Under the pieces are notes generated by a model. It was not told the DNA's origin, searched no databases, and worked only from the letters and a program-made list of their open reading frames with translations. From Dimorphilus gyrociliatus (Eukaryota > Animalia > Annelida): 64,000 bases of DNA. The position numbers and the translations under genes were made by a program. Position 1 is the stretch's first letter. The number at the start of each line of letters is the position of its first letter. This document shows, piece after piece, positions 1 to 15,700 of the stretch. The stretch is taken from positions 682,001 through 746,000 of the forward strand of contig CAJFCJ010000015.1 in the NCBI GenBank assembly GCA_904063045.1, in the 5' to 3' direction.

Positions 1-2
1 AC

Positions 3-425
3 GATGACCTTTGGAGTTGGTTATACGTAACAATCGAAATGATAACCGGTCTATTACCATGGAAACAGGAAAGAGATTTCGTGCGTATAAGAAGAATAAA
101 AATACAAGAGCTGGAATATCCAACCGTATTAGATGATATCCTTTTTGAGTTCTCGACTATAAAAGGTCACTTAAGAGAGTTGTCTTACGGCGATATACCA
201 GATTATGGACATCTTCGAGCAAGTATACAAAGTATTATCAAAGCAAAATTAATAGATTATCTGGATAACTTTGATTGGGAACTAACCGAAGATAATAATC
301 TAAATAGATGTCAAACATTAAATCAACGTGAATCAACATACGCTGAAAAGCAAATAAGTCAAGAAAATAATGTTCCTATTTTCTATATTTTACCAGCTCG
401 AAAAAGAATAGAGTTTGTGCAATAA
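3..425 (+). CDS. C-terminal part of a tau-tubulin kinase / casein kinase 1-like Ser/Thr kinase (5' end outside the window)
   Basis: The frame starting at nt 3 reads DDLWSWLYVTIEMITGLLPWKQ...P.Y..LR. This matches the TTBK/CK1 subdomain IX-XI pattern DDLWS.FY...E...G.LPW. Stop at 423-425. Confidence 0.7.
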   Translation, partial: DDLWSWLYVTIEMITGLLPWKQERDFVRIRRIKIQELEYPTVLDDILFEFSTIKGHLRELSYGDIPDYGHLRASIQSIIKAKLIDYLDNFDWELTEDNNLNRCQTLNQRESTYAEKQISQENNVPIFYILPARKRIEFVQ

Positions 426-499
426 TCAATCGTGAATAAATCGTGAATAACCTTCAAAGGTGATATGTAAACTTCTTTCCTTTTTTACTCTTCTAATGC

Positions 500-532
500 T
501 ATATATATATATATATAAATGCGTGTATATGT

Positions 533-575
<43 letters not shown>
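500..575. repeat. (AT)n microsatellite, interrupted
   Basis: Direct reading of TA runs in the 3' UTR/intergenic region. Confidence 0.95.
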
Positions 576-578
<3 letters not shown>

Positions 579-1062
579 TGTTTTATCTCTTTCAATCTTT
601 CGCTTCTTTCTCACCTTCATATTTTCATTTCCGTAAGTTTTAAGTCAATTTAACTCGACCATCTTATATTTGTATTTGTTGTTTTTTTTGTGTTTGTTTA
701 ATTCACAAGGAGAAGATCAGAGGGAAAAAAAAAGAAAATATATATATTAAAGTTATAAAGTGAAGTATAACATTCATATTTTGAGTATTTAACACTTTTT
801 TTATTGTATAAATATGTTGATTGTACCACGAAAAAACTAGTAGACTGGTTTTGATTTTGCTAATATTAGTATATGTACTTTATCATAAAATTTATGAATG
901 GTCCAATAATATTCGTACTATTTTAATATAATCAGAATATTTCGTTCATTTTTTTTATTTCATTTATATTTAGATTTTAGATTTTGATTTGTTTTTTTTT
1001 GGTTGATTTCTCTTCTTCGTATCTTTGATTCACTTTTTTTTATATCGTTACTTCATAGTTAC

Positions 1063-3277
1063 TTAGGAATGCTTACCGATAACTTCTTGTTTCAATTTAT
1101 TCGCTATTGCTCGTCTCATTGCCATTTTCTTTTCGTCTTCTGGATCTGCTGCTAGGGTAGGATTTGCTGCATTTCTCGCAACTCTCGCTGATGTTGGCCT
1201 AGCTCTGGCAGTACTTTCATCTGCCAGCTTCTCTTCACGTTTAGCTTTCTTCATAGCCAATAATTTGTCTCTTTGACTATTTAAGAAAGCTTGACGTTTC
1301 GCTAACTCGTCTGGGGACATTTTCTTCATTTGTTGCTATTTTTAACAAAATGAAAAAGGTTAAAAGGGCAAACTTTAAGAGTAAAAGAATCTAGATTGTG
1401 GTAATTACCAGAAGAGCCATCGTATTACTGGGTCCCGTGTTCTCTGATTTAGCAGCTGCTAGCCAGGAACTTGCTGCCTGTGCGCCAGTTATTGGAGTAA
1501 TGCCGCTTCCTACTTTTGGAAGATTTTTTGCATTTCCACTCTCTGGTTGACCTTGTGGTCGTCCTTTGGATGACGAGCCCCTAGCTTTAGCAGGTTCGGG
1601 AGCTTTCGATGATGGTTTTGAAGGCATCGCGCTTCCTTTATCTTCAAGTCCCATTTTAATAAAATCCTGCTCTAGTTCGGCCTTTCTATTTTCTAGTACA
1701 GCTGCTTCTTCCTTAGCAAAAGTTGCGTGTTGAACACTCTCTTTGGCCTCTTCTTTCTTAATTTCTTCTTCTAAGGATTTCCTAAAGAAAATTAAGTAGA
1801 AATTAAATAATCCAAAAAATCCTAACGTCCTTCTCCCTTACTTGACAATTTCTTTAAGTAATTTTTCATCTTCCGGATCCAAACTGGGCGCAGCTTCAGC
1901 AACAGCCGCGACATCTTGAGGTGTCATAGAATCAGGTAAACGTCCAAGTTTTTTAATAAGTAAAAATAGGACCTAAAAACCAATAAATAGTATTAAGATT
2001 TTGTAAGATTCTGAGGTAATTAGAATGATTAATAAGATAATTAAATTGTCAATAATATGATAAAATTACCTGCTGTTGAGCAACAATATTATGTCTCGTG
2101 ATGACATTTGCGAAAACTCTAAAATCATTGGCTGCCATAATTTGTTCAAAATAAAGCTATATAAAAGGAAGAAAAAAAATCCTTTCAGATTATCAGTTAA
2201 CATTGTATAAAAGACAATTTTTAGACATCCGTCAATAACGTCAATTGTCTTTGTGACGTCACTGAGCCAATAATCAATACGTATGAAAATAGGCCCCCGC
2301 AAAAAATAATTTTACTATTACTTTTCTTTTTAGTCTAGCATTTAGTAATGATAAAAAAAGGTAGCGATAATATTTGATTAAACTACATTATTAAACCGTG
2401 ATTGAAAAAGTTGAAGCAATCAAAAAGAAATAATAGAAATGTCTGTCTAATACCTTTATGGTTTTATTTTCTATAATAGAAAGCTCAAACGATGAATTAT
2501 CTATCAGAAATTACTGTTTATATATATCATATATAAATATATATATATATACTTTATATACTTTTAAAGAACGAATTACCCAAGTACAATTATTCATTAA
2601 TACATGCTACTAATAATTTTTCCAATATATTGTTAATTATATTACAAGAGAAACTTACGCTAAAAACTTCTTTAATATCGGGATTAGAAGAAAGTTGATC
2701 TAAACCTTTAATAACGTCTTGTTTGCTAACTTTTGCATCTTTGCAAAAAGCGTCTAATAAATCGTCAATCTGAAAAAAGTATTGATAAAATTCTCATTAA
2801 TTATTCAATGATTACTAATTTATTTTTGCTTATGTTTTACTTAAGGCATCGTATTTTATATTAAATTGTATTAATTTATGAGTATATTATGCATAAATAC
2901 ATATTCATATATTTATGAGGTATATCATTATTATTTCTTCTTTTTCTTCTTCATAAATGTATTTAAACAGCTTATATTTTTTTTATAAATTGATATATAG
3001 ACATCTACTGTATAACAGAGATATATTTACCAATTTTTGATATTTTTTATGGACATCGTAATGCTCTTGAAAATACTGATCTTCCGATAGATTTGGATCG
3101 AAGACTGTCGTCATAAAATAATATATAATTCAAATAGGCCTATCTAAAATGTTATAAAACCATTATTGTATACATACTTGCCAGATTATACTCCATAAAT
3201 AATTTGACAGCATCTTGGAATACTGACTCTCCAAGAAAGTTCAGTAATTCGTCTAATACATATTCTGACTTGGACAT
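1063..3277 (-). CDS. CFAP36: Cilia- and flagella-associated protein 36 (CCDC104), BART-domain protein, multi-exon
   Basis: ATG at 3277 (MSKSEYVLDELLNFLGESVFQDAVKLF). Later exons read VFDP...EHYDVHKKYQKL, IDDLLDAFCKD and FEQIMAANDFRVF (BART domain). The C-terminus KRQAFLNSQRDKLLAMKKAKRE...RRAIANKLKQEVI resembles the vertebrate CFAP36 end. GT-AG introns. Confidence 0.85.
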
Positions 3278-3759
3278 AGTTGATTAGCGCACCTTTGTCG
3301 CACGGTGTATCGATGTATACAACATCCGGGACTGTAAGTCCTATCGACAGCAGCGACTGCATTGAGGAATTTAATATTATGGCGGTAAATTCGAGATCAT
3401 TTTATGTATATTTTATTCTAAAAAAGGTATTTAGTCGATTTTTCAACTTAAAATACTTGTAAATATTATATCTATATATATTCTAATAAAGAAATGTTCT
3501 CAAATCATTCATCCGTTTTATTAAAATCTGAATTTAAAATATCTTCCAATTCTAGGCAGAATGTTATAAATAGTTATATAGTCACCAACGCCATCTGTCT
3601 TTCAGAAAAAATACTAAAAACGAAAACAAAATTTTATTTCCGCTTCCGACCCAGAGGCCGTCTCTGGACTGGTGATCATTTCGAAGATTGAACATGCATA
3701 ACATATGACTTTAGCATAGCCATTTAAAATTTCATCAGCTGTAAATTCTATTCATTTCG

Positions 3760-6700
3760 ATGGCTTCAGAAAACGATAATGGGACAAATTTCTTACAAAG
3801 ATTCAACCAGAAGATCGAAGATGAGCTTCCTGGTGATCGGCAGAGAGCTCTATTTTTTAGTTCTTTAATAGTTTTAATGTTCTGGTCGATCTATCTTGCT
3901 CACTATAATTCTAGGGTACTCGGATTATTATTCACAGCCATACTAAACAGAGTGATTAAGAAATATGGCCATATCAAATTTGGTTCGTTTAGTCTATCCA
4001 TCATCTCAGGCAAACTCATGTTTCGAGATGTTCATTTTGCTAATGAGGATTATTCAATTAGAATTCAATATGGATATGCTATCTTCCGATACTGGAGATT
4101 ATTTAAAGAGAATGTTGAAGACATGTCAAATAATGAGACAAGATTGTCAATTTTTATTGAAAGTGTTGAATATCATGTATATAATAGAACACAGACATAT
4201 GAAAGACTTCAAAAATTATTTGGATTTGAAGATGATGATCCAGTTGCGACAACAGATGAACGCAGGTCTGATCAAGGTCTAATGGCTGATAAAAACAGCT
4301 CTAACAGAACCCAGTGGCAATGGAGAGATCTCATTCCATTGATTAAAGTTGACATGGCGTCTGTAAAAGTGATTTTTGGTAATTATCTAGTCCCATACTC
4401 TTTAACGATTAATGCTGGCGAAGGACAGCTATCGTACTGGTCTCGAATAGATAACGCTCGATTTAATCATAGAACACACTATGCCGAAACAAAATTAACA
4501 AATTTTAAAGTACAATTAATACCTTCTCCCGGATTCGGTAAAAAGGATCTCAAAGGCCTTTCGGAGCGTATCAGTAAAGAATTTAAAGAAACACCTCCTA
4601 GATTAATGGAGGAAGGCTATGTATTTTTAAAAACAAATTCAATTAGCATACGCTATACAATGGATGAACCAGGTACAGTCTCTCACCAACCTGAAAAGAT
4701 TCGATTGGTTAATGGCGAGTGGATGTCTGAAAGAATGTATCCAAATTGGAGTATGGAAGTTAAGTGCAAAAAGGGTAAAGGAACAGAAATAAATTATAGC
4801 CCATGGGCTGATCGGCAAAGGGATTTGCTATGGAAGCTGTTTTTCCCTTCGGATTACCAACCTCTGGTACCAACTGTTGAGCCTGAGCCTAATCAACCGA
4901 GAATTTATAAGGAATTTGAATTTAAATTAAGTTTCGAAGAGGAACTAAACTCTGATATTCTTTTTAACAATGACGAAGGTGTAACTCAAGCGCTCCATCT
5001 CACAGCTCAAAAAGGCAGCTATTTAGAATTTACTATACCTTGGATAGTAGGAGAGGAGGGTTATATTACAAAAGTTAACGGCCAATTAATGATGTTAGAA
5101 GCGACAACAGGACTTGATTTTAGACAATTATTAGATTGCGAAACATTTCAATTTGATTCCGAGATTCATTATCCTTTAGAGTGGAATGACCATCAACTAT
5201 GGAAGTTTGATATTACAGCCTGCAAAGCTAATACTTATTTAATTTTTGATCACAAACATTTTGTTACGAATTTAGTAAGTGATTGGTCCTCGAAATCTAG
5301 GCTTGACCTGTATCATTTCATTCCCTACACCTGGCAATGCAATGTGAGAATAAAAGAATTCTGTATCGTTACACTCTGTAATGAATGGAACTGGATAGAT
5401 TGTACAACAACTGTAAGCTCGGTTACTTTATATTTTTTTAATTCGTTTCAATTTATTATTGATTTAGTCAATTAATTTTATATCCATAGAAACCGTCCGG
5501 AAACTGTCATTTAGCGTTGAATGGAGATTCCTTTTTTTTAAGTTTCAACCTACCCTTTACAGAGTTTTTACCGTCAACCGTAGATGTTGGAGTTGAAATT
5601 GAAGTAAGTTATAGCATATTTACTTCTTTTTTATGTAAATTTTCATCAATACATTTTCTTTTTATAGGCTAGAGATGCTAATCTTCGATTATATTTGCCT
5701 GAAACTCACACCACTAGATATTCGGTTACTGCTTTATCAAAAAATTTAAGAGTGATTAATAGGTAATAAATAGATTTTAAGGCAATTTATAAAGTGATTT
5801 TAAAACAAATCCTATTAAAAGATCAAACGAAGAAGTAAATAATCCATTTGGAATAGCTTCAGAAGAAACAGGTAAACCTGAAACAACAAACACCTTTTCC
5901 ACTCATAAACAGGGTTGGTCTGGAATTTGTTACACTGATAATGGATGGGTTGAATGTTGGAAATCGCCTTGCGTTAATATTTCTCTGGTTTATACCTATC
6001 ATCCCATTCCTCCGACAATTAAAAATGACGATATTAGTGGAAATTCAGCTAAGAGAGAAAACTTTGACCCTGAAAGCTTAGAACCGGATTTAATAAATGT
6101 TAAAGTCGACTTGGCTCCAAGTGAAGTTGTTGCTTATGGAAGTTTACTTAAGTGTTTTCTGGCAGTCAAGGTGTGTAATTATTTCTTTCTTAGTTAGAAT
6201 GTTATTTCTATTAAGCAAATGAAATTCCTAAGAAATGGATTATAATCTTGCTGTAATCTTGTTCTATTTTTTAAATATTCTTTACTTATCTGCCAGGAAA
6301 ACTACCTTGGGGGAGATCAACTATACTTCAGCTTAGATAAAACCATTGACAAACCTCCTCCAATTTATAAAACAAGAGATAATGAACCATTTGATCCAAG
6401 ATATTATAGATCATTTTCTGTTATAGCTAAAGTTAACGTTCGTAAAATTAGAGCTCATTTACCTAAAAATTGTACTCCTAAAGACGCTCCATGTGCCTTT
6501 TTGTATATAGAACATGTTGGGGTTGAGATTGATAAATGTTTCCGTGAAACTAAAATTCAGGTCTTAACTACTCCATGTGCTATTTCTGTAACTGATAAAA
6601 TACTTCGGCGGGATGGTTCTAAGCATCTGGAGAAAGGACATTTAATGTTAAGTGCCCTACAGATAAGAGGACATGCTATGTTTAGTCAGTGCGGGCTGCC

Positions 6701-9700
6701 ATTGGAAAGCGAGACATTAGAGTATGGTTGGCTAGTCGAAATTATGGTTGGAGAACTAACGGGACGTTTGACCGTTCCTCAATTGCAAACTATCGTCGAA
6801 GCCCTACAAACTTTTGTCATGCTAGTAGATGATTCTGAGAATGAATTAACTTGCCCCTTACCGTATCATTGCCAGCACATGAAATATTATAAAGATTGTA
6901 CAGAGCAACGGCGAAGTTTACCTAGCTGCCCATCGTCAGAGAACTTAAAGTATAGAATGACAAGAGCTTCTATTGACTGCATAGATTTTTATCTTGTTGA
7001 ATCTGATACAGCTCTAAATCTATTAGTAAAACCTATTAGAGCAGCGAATTGCAATTTGCATTCTAATCATCATAGTGAAGGCTTAACTGTAACTGTCGAT
7101 CGATGTCACCTAAAGCAATACTTATCATATGGCAACACATGGGTTGAATGTGGTAGCCTTCAATTAGGAAGAGTGGCTTTTGATGCCGGAATGGCTTTAC
7201 CTCATCCAGACTTATTAACTGCTCAAAAAGAATTCTTGAATAAGCATGATGCTAAGACAAAACGTTTATACTTTTTGTGGAGAGAAATGTCGAAATCATC
7301 AAGAAAATGTGGTTGTGTTGGTAACTGTTTATTTTTTGGAGAAAACCGTTTGGGAAGAAGATTCTTTGGAAATGATAAATCATCGCTATCCTCTTTAACT
7401 ATCCCTCACATATCTCCTGTGCCATTTTTTGGCTTTGGCCAATCAATCTTATCCCCTAATCGCTTTTTACTAGATAAAGACATTCAAACTTTTAAATATG
7501 ATAAATTCTCCTCACCTCCCACATCAACAACTGTTATTGACGGCACTGAATCCAGGCGAACTGATACTTTTAGCGATACATCCTCCGCTAAGGGTCAGAA
7601 TTTATTCCCGGTTACGGAACAAACGTCTTCCGGTTCAAGCAAACAGTCACTAATATCCAAGGAAACAGGACACGATATATCGGATCCTTTTACTAGTATG
7701 TCTTCCGATACCCTAATAGAGAAACGTTGTGATAGTGAATATAGCTTTCAAGACGAAGATTTTATCAGTCGAACAGTGTCAGTTGCTAGTAGCGATAGGT
7801 AAGTTTTGATTTTCATATTCAAAATTTCTCTATTCAAAATTTCACGTTGCAAAATAAATCAGACATTTAAATTATGAGCATCCATTTAAGGAGCTCTGTA
7901 AAAGGTTGGTTTTATGGTGAAAGCGGATTTTATTTGGTTTACATTCGAAACTTTTTATAAAAGAAATCTATTTAAATTATTCATATACTTAGTTCCATAT
8001 CATATTTATCTACTCTTTCTAGATTTTGGTCTGCTAACGAAGACGAAACAAGCTCTGCTTCATCATTCGTATCAGCTGCTTCAGATCTGGATGAATTAAA
8101 TGATACAATCGACGAAAATGAAGTTCAAGAAAGTAACGATGATGACGAGGATGATACTATTTTACAATCGTCTACAACATCTTCATCATCAAATAATTTA
8201 GAGGAAAATCCTTACAATGCACTACCTCAACCGCCATCTCAAGAATTTCCATATCTCGGTCATATGACTCAGTTAGCATGTGAAGGCTGGAGACCAGATA
8301 GAACTGTTGAAGATGTTTTTACTGCGGGTTGTGCGTTTGAATCCATACAACAAAGTTATCGCCAACTTAAATGCCTTCAAAGATCACTTGTGCCAAAATT
8401 TCAAGTTGAAAAACAAGGCATAGGACCACAGCTTATGATAAATGAAGATGACAAAGATGACAGTAAGAGTGAAAATGATTCGGGATCCAAAGTCAAGAAA
8501 ACTCCAACAATTATAGAATCTTCTAAGAGAGGTCCTAATGAAGAAAACGGAAAAAATCACGTGTCGAAAACAATGGCAGTTATTAAATTAACTGGTTCAA
8601 TTGATGTTTTTATATCACCCCTGCTACTTGATGGCATAAAACAATATATTGAATCAATAACACCAGTTTTAGAACAATTGCACGCATGTGGAATATTGGA
8701 TACAATGCACGTCAAGTCAAGCAAAGATGTTAGAGCCCAAAATAAGATTCTGGGCTTAAATTCAACTTTTAATGATGGAGTATTAGAAGTAACAAGAAGA
8801 ATCCAATTTCAAACTCACCTTAGTCGAATAAAAGTAGTTGTTGTTCAAGCTTCAGACTCTGGTGTTCAAAAAGATTGCGTGTCATTATTAGCAGTGCAAA
8901 TAGACTCAGTTAATTCTACCGTTATGTTTAATACTCAAACACACAAGTCTGACTCGAATTCTAACAGTCCTGAAAAGAATAGAAATGGACAAGATGCTGA
9001 ACTTGTTCAAGATATGTCTGATAATATCCTAAAGGAAGATCAAGTAGCAACTTTATCTGTTAATACAATCCATGCCCAAGTTAGACGTCTAAGGCCTTCT
9101 TACGATTCATCCGTCAATGAACTTAAAATCACAGCCCTACCTGATCATAGATCCTGTAGTCGTTTTAGATTTTTAAAAAAAGAAGCCGGGTATAATATGG
9201 TTGAAGCAGGTGTCGGAAATATACGATTAAAAATGGCCAGAAGACTTGGTTACGGTCCATCTGATGATTCTGCTGAAAAGCCGAAAAGTGGAAGACCCGT
9301 TGCCCTTCAAGTTGAAAATTCAATATCAGAAACGGAAGAATCAATTACAAAATTAAAGAAAGTTATCCCCTCCAATTCTGAAGACTATCTTAGAAGAAAA
9401 TTGCGAAAGAACTCTCCCTCGGATGAAAGTGAAAGTACGCCGTGTAAAAGGTAAATAAATAAATTTTTATATATTATTATTTAGAAATAATTAACAATTT
9501 TTTTTATTAATCTAAAGTGACGCTTCAACGTGTATTTTGGACGTCGAAAAAATGTGGTTTAATTGCGCTGCCCCATCAGGAGGAAAGAAAATTCTACCAT
9601 TGCCTTCAGCAAATGATTGGAACTTTTTAAGTACTCTAACACCTGCCATAGAAGCTTGGATGAATAGCGGCCATAAATTACATTATGCTGTTTCACACAT

Positions 9701-12700
9701 GATGATTGCTATGCAAAATCGAATTACGGGTGTTATGGCGTGCATAATGACTCAAGCGTCAAGTAATCAGGACGTAAGATAAATTTAGATTTTCTTTCTA
9801 ATTTACCTAATTATTAATCATTGAAAAATATTTCCAACTTTAGAAAATTCTACAATTGCCATCACAAAAGTACAACAAGTACTCTCAAGTTGCAAAGCAA
9901 TTGAGGGAAGATCCATCGTGCATCCTAGTTTGTATCCTCAGAAGATTTGTTGCAGAGAACGGTGCTGCCTCTATAGAAAGAGCTATGCCTCATAGGCAAT
10001 TAATTGTTGAACCGAGCATTTCTGAGCTTGTAACACTACAAAAAGGCGTGTTAGCGTTAACAAGGCATTGGAAGACTTTATTGTTCTTTAATCCTAAAAC
10101 AGAAATGTCTAAGAAGAAGCATCAACAATTCAATGTTAAATTTGATTTATCGGGGGGGAAACACGATTCATTAGAGTCTAGAGGTACAGATAATGCTAAT
10201 GTAGAGCTCGGGGAAACAGGTGGTGATAATGAAGAGAAAATCTCTTTATTAAGAACTGATGAATGCGATATAGATGATGAATTGTCTATTGAGAATGATT
10301 TATTTAGAGCTGAGAGTAGGGAAGGTAGCCCAACAAAAACTTTAGGAATGAGATCCTATTCCTTACCGGGACCGAATTCTATTCCAGCCCTCAACTTTTC
10401 TACCCTTTTCACCAAAAACGAATCAATGCAATTAAAAAATAGTACTGGGACTATATTTCAAACTGGTAGCAATGTGGACATAGGCGATGTACCTACAGGG
10501 GGAAGCACCACACCTAATAAAAGCAATATTCTTCGATTGCGCCTAAACGAACTCGACTCAAAAGAGAAACACGAAAGTGATATTAATAGGTGGGTTGCGG
10601 AACAAGGAAATTTAAATGGGAACTCCGACGACTTAGTATATCAACAACGCCTTCCAAGAACTGCTTCAAATGCTGGTCAGGATTCAGTATACGCCTACAG
10701 CATTGATGGAAATGCTCCTTCGGTTTGCACGAATACTTTATTGTCTCGACATACGAACCAATGGCGCTTAGTTGACGCACAGATTCTATTCAAGCCATTA
10801 TTACGTGCTATAGGTTTACATTTGGAAGCTGTTAAATCGTCAGCTATGATGAGAAAATTCGGTGGGAATTGTTCTATAATGGCTGTTTTACATACACTTG
10901 TAGTAGATATCATAGATTCAGACTTACCTCGAAATTCAGGAGTATCTCCAGCTACATTTACCTGTAATAATTTCTCGGTTGACATAAATGCTAAAGACGT
11001 CGCCGAAATTGATAAGAAAAGAGATGATTGTAACCTTACCAATAAGCGTCAATCAATAGGAAGACTTCAAGATGCGTTGGATAATGTACAATTAGCTCGA
11101 CCAATGACAACCAAAATGTACTTTACTATTAAGTGTGAAACTATTGAACAATACGTTAACTTGAGCTTATTAAGACTTGTTCATCAGCTTGTCACTATGA
11201 TACAGAGAGTTAACGCTACCCAAGCTGCTTTGAAAATGAAAAAAACGCACAGAAAACAAGATTCTAAATCAAGCACTGATACGACTCATTCTGTTCAAGA
11301 CGAAAAAGACCAGCAGCCATCTTCATCAACTATGAGAGATAAAGCAGAATCAAATAGAACAAGTGAAAAATTGAGCAGTGTATTTTTGCTTATGCCTGTT
11401 GAAACACCTAAAATGACTGTGGATCAACTGGAGCCGCTTCCAGATGATAAATGTTGGAAAACGCTAAAGAATATCTTAGACCTTTATTCATCTGTTTCCG
11501 ATTCTCAAATGAGAACAATAACAAGGTCTAAAATGCAACCTTCAGAATTAGATGTTATAGATGAAGAACCCGGCGGAACAAATACTAAGAGCAAAGCAGC
11601 TCGTTATTCTAATGAAATAGTACATATACCGATATTAGCTTTTGGAACAATGCGAATTGGAACAATAAAATTAAAAGCAAATGTATCAGGCTTGCAATTA
11701 GCTTCCGAAGTAAGAACAGTAGACTTGTCATTAACTCATAGAATTAACGTAAGATCAGAATCAAGAAAAAAATTTGAAGAAACATCATTTTCAGTTTATA
11801 TAGATTATACATATGTATGGTTGCTCGTTGCTGAAACCACAAAGGCTATTCTGACTATCAAATGTCAAAAATCAAATGCCTTCTACTCAAATTTTGGTGC
11901 TATTAGATCACGCAATTCATCTAGAGGCAAAGTTGCAACAATCAAAGTTGGTAATGTTTACGTTGATATTCCGCAACATCTTGCAAGCACTCATGATATG
12001 ATGTACAAAACTACGGAAATTGTCTCTCACACACTTAAAGAATTCATACCTGATAATCTTCATAGGGAAAGCTCACCCCCTGTTGACGTTTGTGACGCCG
12101 CTGTTGAAAATGCTTTAGACGATGATAAAAAGCAAGTTCAAAACGATATTGTTCAAATTAGAGCAATTCTTGATGGTTTGGTAATTGGAGCCTCTCTACT
12201 TCCGTCATTAAGATCTGAGTACGAAATTGGTAAAGTTACAGGATTCGGTTGGACGGGATCAAAAGCAAAAGCAAGCGTTTCTATTCCTCATCATAAACTT
12301 AGCTTCAAAGCAGCTAGATCAAATTTATTTCCGGGTAATATCCCACAAGAAGCATCTGTTGATCTTCCCCTTATGAGTCTCGAAGCTGAATATAAAGAGA
12401 GTAAGATAAGTAAGAGAGGCGAAGAGATTGCTGAAGAATCTGCTTTAAACGAGGGTCTGGACACTAGAACAGGAAAATACATAAAAATGCTGGCAGTTAT
12501 ACAAAAGTTCAAGCATTCCTTAAGTAGCGATCTATTAAATCATTTGGTCTTCATGCAAAAGACATTTCGAAACGAAATAAATGAAGTTTTAAATAAAATA
12601 TCAGGTACTGATAAACCGGTTCCTCTTTTTCAAAGCCGTCAAAAGGCACAAATGCTTTTCTTCATTCATCTTAAACAAGGAGGTATAGAACTATTGGCTA

Positions 12701-15700
12701 CAACCACAAAACCAGCTAAAAATGCATTAAGATTAGAAACCAAAGCCATAGAAATTCGTCTATCTAATCGAGTAAAGAAGGAAAATCAATTGTCAAATTC
12801 CCCCGGCAAAGTGTTTCTAACAGCTGATGTTAAAAAATTGACATTAGAAATCATTCACATTCACAAGAATTACGTATTCCAAGAAGCTGAACCAGATTTT
12901 GAGTCACTAGCCAGCTTCAGCACAACAATAAGAGTTCGAAATGCGCTTGAACACGAAATGGTTACTGGACCAGATATCGGTAAAGATACCGAAGCCCTCC
13001 TTCTGTCCGTTAATAGACCAGTTATTGAGGTTCAGCCACCCGCCTTTGACGCCGCGTTTTGGATTTGGATCGACTATAAAAATGCATTTGAATATTGGAG
13101 TGAGCAGCGTTTAGCCCTTGTTAAAAATGCTTCAACTTCATTACAGCATAAACCTCCTACATTAGCAACCAAGTTATATCAACAAACCAGCTCAACTAGC
13201 TCAGATACTACCCGAGTACCTTCAGCATTGTTTCTTCAATTAACTGTTGATGAATTATGCATCTGTTTACCGCTAACAATACCAAATAAGCGAACAGTAA
13301 GCTTCGATTCCAAAAATCTATTAATATTAACTTTAGATTCTACGCAAATATCGGCTTGCTCAAGGGGTTCACTGGTATCGAAGGGTAAATTTAAAAACTT
13401 TTGTTTGAGATTCGACGAGGATGTTTGTTTCCCAGATGATTGGAAACCAAGAGAGTATCCAGTTATGAACGCTATGTGCGTTCCAAACGGCACATATGAA
13501 GTTTGTTCGCAAACTCACGGGCCAGTTATGGCACCACAGAGACAGAACGCCAAGTGGGTTTTAAATGTAACGTGGCAAATGAAAGGCTTAGATATTCATC
13601 TTAACACAAGAATTGGTGAAAAGTTAGCTGCTTTGGGAAAAACCTTGACTTCATTGGCTGACAATGGAGCTGTCTACTCGAATGTAGATAATGCTGTTTT
13701 AATTGAGCTTGAAAAACGAAAGAAAAAGCAGGAATTGCTAGTGGATGATTTAAAAGCTACGAATTGGCCTCCAGAAACTATAGCAAAAGAAGAAAGGAAA
13801 TTAGAAAGAATCAAGGAACGTCTCAGGCATTCCTTCTTCAACAGTAAATTGACTAAGGATCGTAGGGCCTTAAAAAAGCAATTAGGTATATCAGAAAAAC
13901 AAATTCACTGCAGGTCTAAGTCAGTAGGTGGACCTGAATTACGACGGCAGAGAGCTATCGAAACCTCCCCTGATATTTCTCCAGTGTCAAGTTCGTCTCA
14001 TAGTAGCGTTTCGAAATTGAATACCCACAATCGTACACGCAGCGTTGATGCAGCCTCATCATTTTATTTAAAGGAACTAAAATCTGTTCATGTTGAAGAT
14101 CGTCTCGAAATTATTCCCGATGACCCATCTAAATTTCTAACTGATTCTTACTCTTCATCATCTAGTTCGGATTTGTCTCTCTCAGATACAGAAAGTGAAA
14201 TATCAATATCAACTATGGATGTTGAAGTTGACCAATTAAAGCGTGTTCTCCACGATCCAAATCTAAACGATATGAGAAATGGTACTAATAGATCAAGCGT
14301 ACCTATTGAAGCAATAGATTTTGACTTGGACGTTAAAGTTAGAGTTGAATCTGGTCAGTGTGTATTACATCCTAAGGAGGAAGATTTAAAAGCGGCGGAA
14401 GTTGACGACACAGTTCCAAGTAAACTAGGGAGACCTAGAACAACTAGTAGAGCTTCGAATACACGCTTAAAAATTGGTCCAACAGAAACTGACTGTAGAA
14501 CTGTATTCCTTCTTCCAGGCGTTGATATTAAAGTCCGCTATGATTCGAAAACTGACCCAGAAAAAGAATCAAACAAAAAATCAGGTAATTTATATTGTTG
14601 GTTTACGCTAGAGCGCCTCTCAGAAGAGATGGTTATTAAGACATTCCTGTTAGACTTTCTCCATCAAGCTTTAGAAAATGTGCCAATAGTCAGTAACACA
14701 ACATCAGAAAGTCCCAGCACTGATGGGTCAGCAGTTGATATTGGGGAAACAACTCTAAACGCAGCCGAATCTTTTCCGGTTGATGTTGTTGTCTATGTTA
14801 GAGTTGACCCATCAACAATACGATTTAGTTGTTTACCAGCCGAAAGGATTGAATGTAAACTTGGTATGCCGTCCTTGGACATTGTTTTCTCCACTAGAAA
14901 AGATTATAACGCTGATAAATCTGGCGGATTAAGCGTTACTGCTAGCTTTGCTGATTTCTCTTTAAAAATCTATCATCTTTTTAATATGCATAAAAAGAAT
15001 GCTGACGAGTCTTCGGATACAACAATATATTCACTAGTAGTTAATGTTAAGTTCGTTCGACTTAGTCTATCAAGAACAAGACGACCCGACGAAGGTTTAC
15101 AACCGATATCAAGCATTGTTCGCTTTTCAGCCTCATGCGATATTGGAGATTCAAAATTTGAATTCGATATGAAACGCTTACAGGATATTCTTAATTTCCC
15201 AAAACACTGGTACAGATCAAGTTTGGCTAGACGTTTGTTTCTGGGAGAGGAGAAGAAAGAAAATTTAGACGTTGAAGTACCTAGGCCTACTTTAACTAAA
15301 TCAAAAAGCTTAAATCCTACGAAAAAATGGGAAACGCGAGTATTATTCACAGCTAGATTCTCTAAATTGGATGTAGACGTAAAAATCATGTTGGGGAAAT
15401 TACACTGGAGCACTGTTGGCCCTAATTGTCAAGGTCGTTTAAATGTTGATTCAACTGGATTTAAAGACATGCAAATAAAAGCTGGTTTAAAGGGATCAAA
15501 AATTCAATGTTCTACCGTAGTTATTTCCGGTTCCCTTCAAGTTCGAAATGTTTATGGAGATGTAAGAATAGTCGAAGGTGGAAGAGGAATGAAACTAACA
15601 CCAACGCACTCGGCTGAATTTAACTTAGAAACCTTGGAAACGAGAATAGAGTATATGAGCACTAATATTCTTCTAGGTCGTCTGAATGACTTTTGCCTGT

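Noticed and set aside
426-620. ORF with IYIYIY repeats (similar ORFs at 25026-25307, 25419-25676, 29353-29538 and 48729-48983)
   Set aside because: These are translations of AT, CT or GA microsatellites.
3280-3691. Short ORFs between CFAP36 and BLTP1
   Set aside because: They have no recognisable motifs and lie in the shared promoter/5' UTR region.
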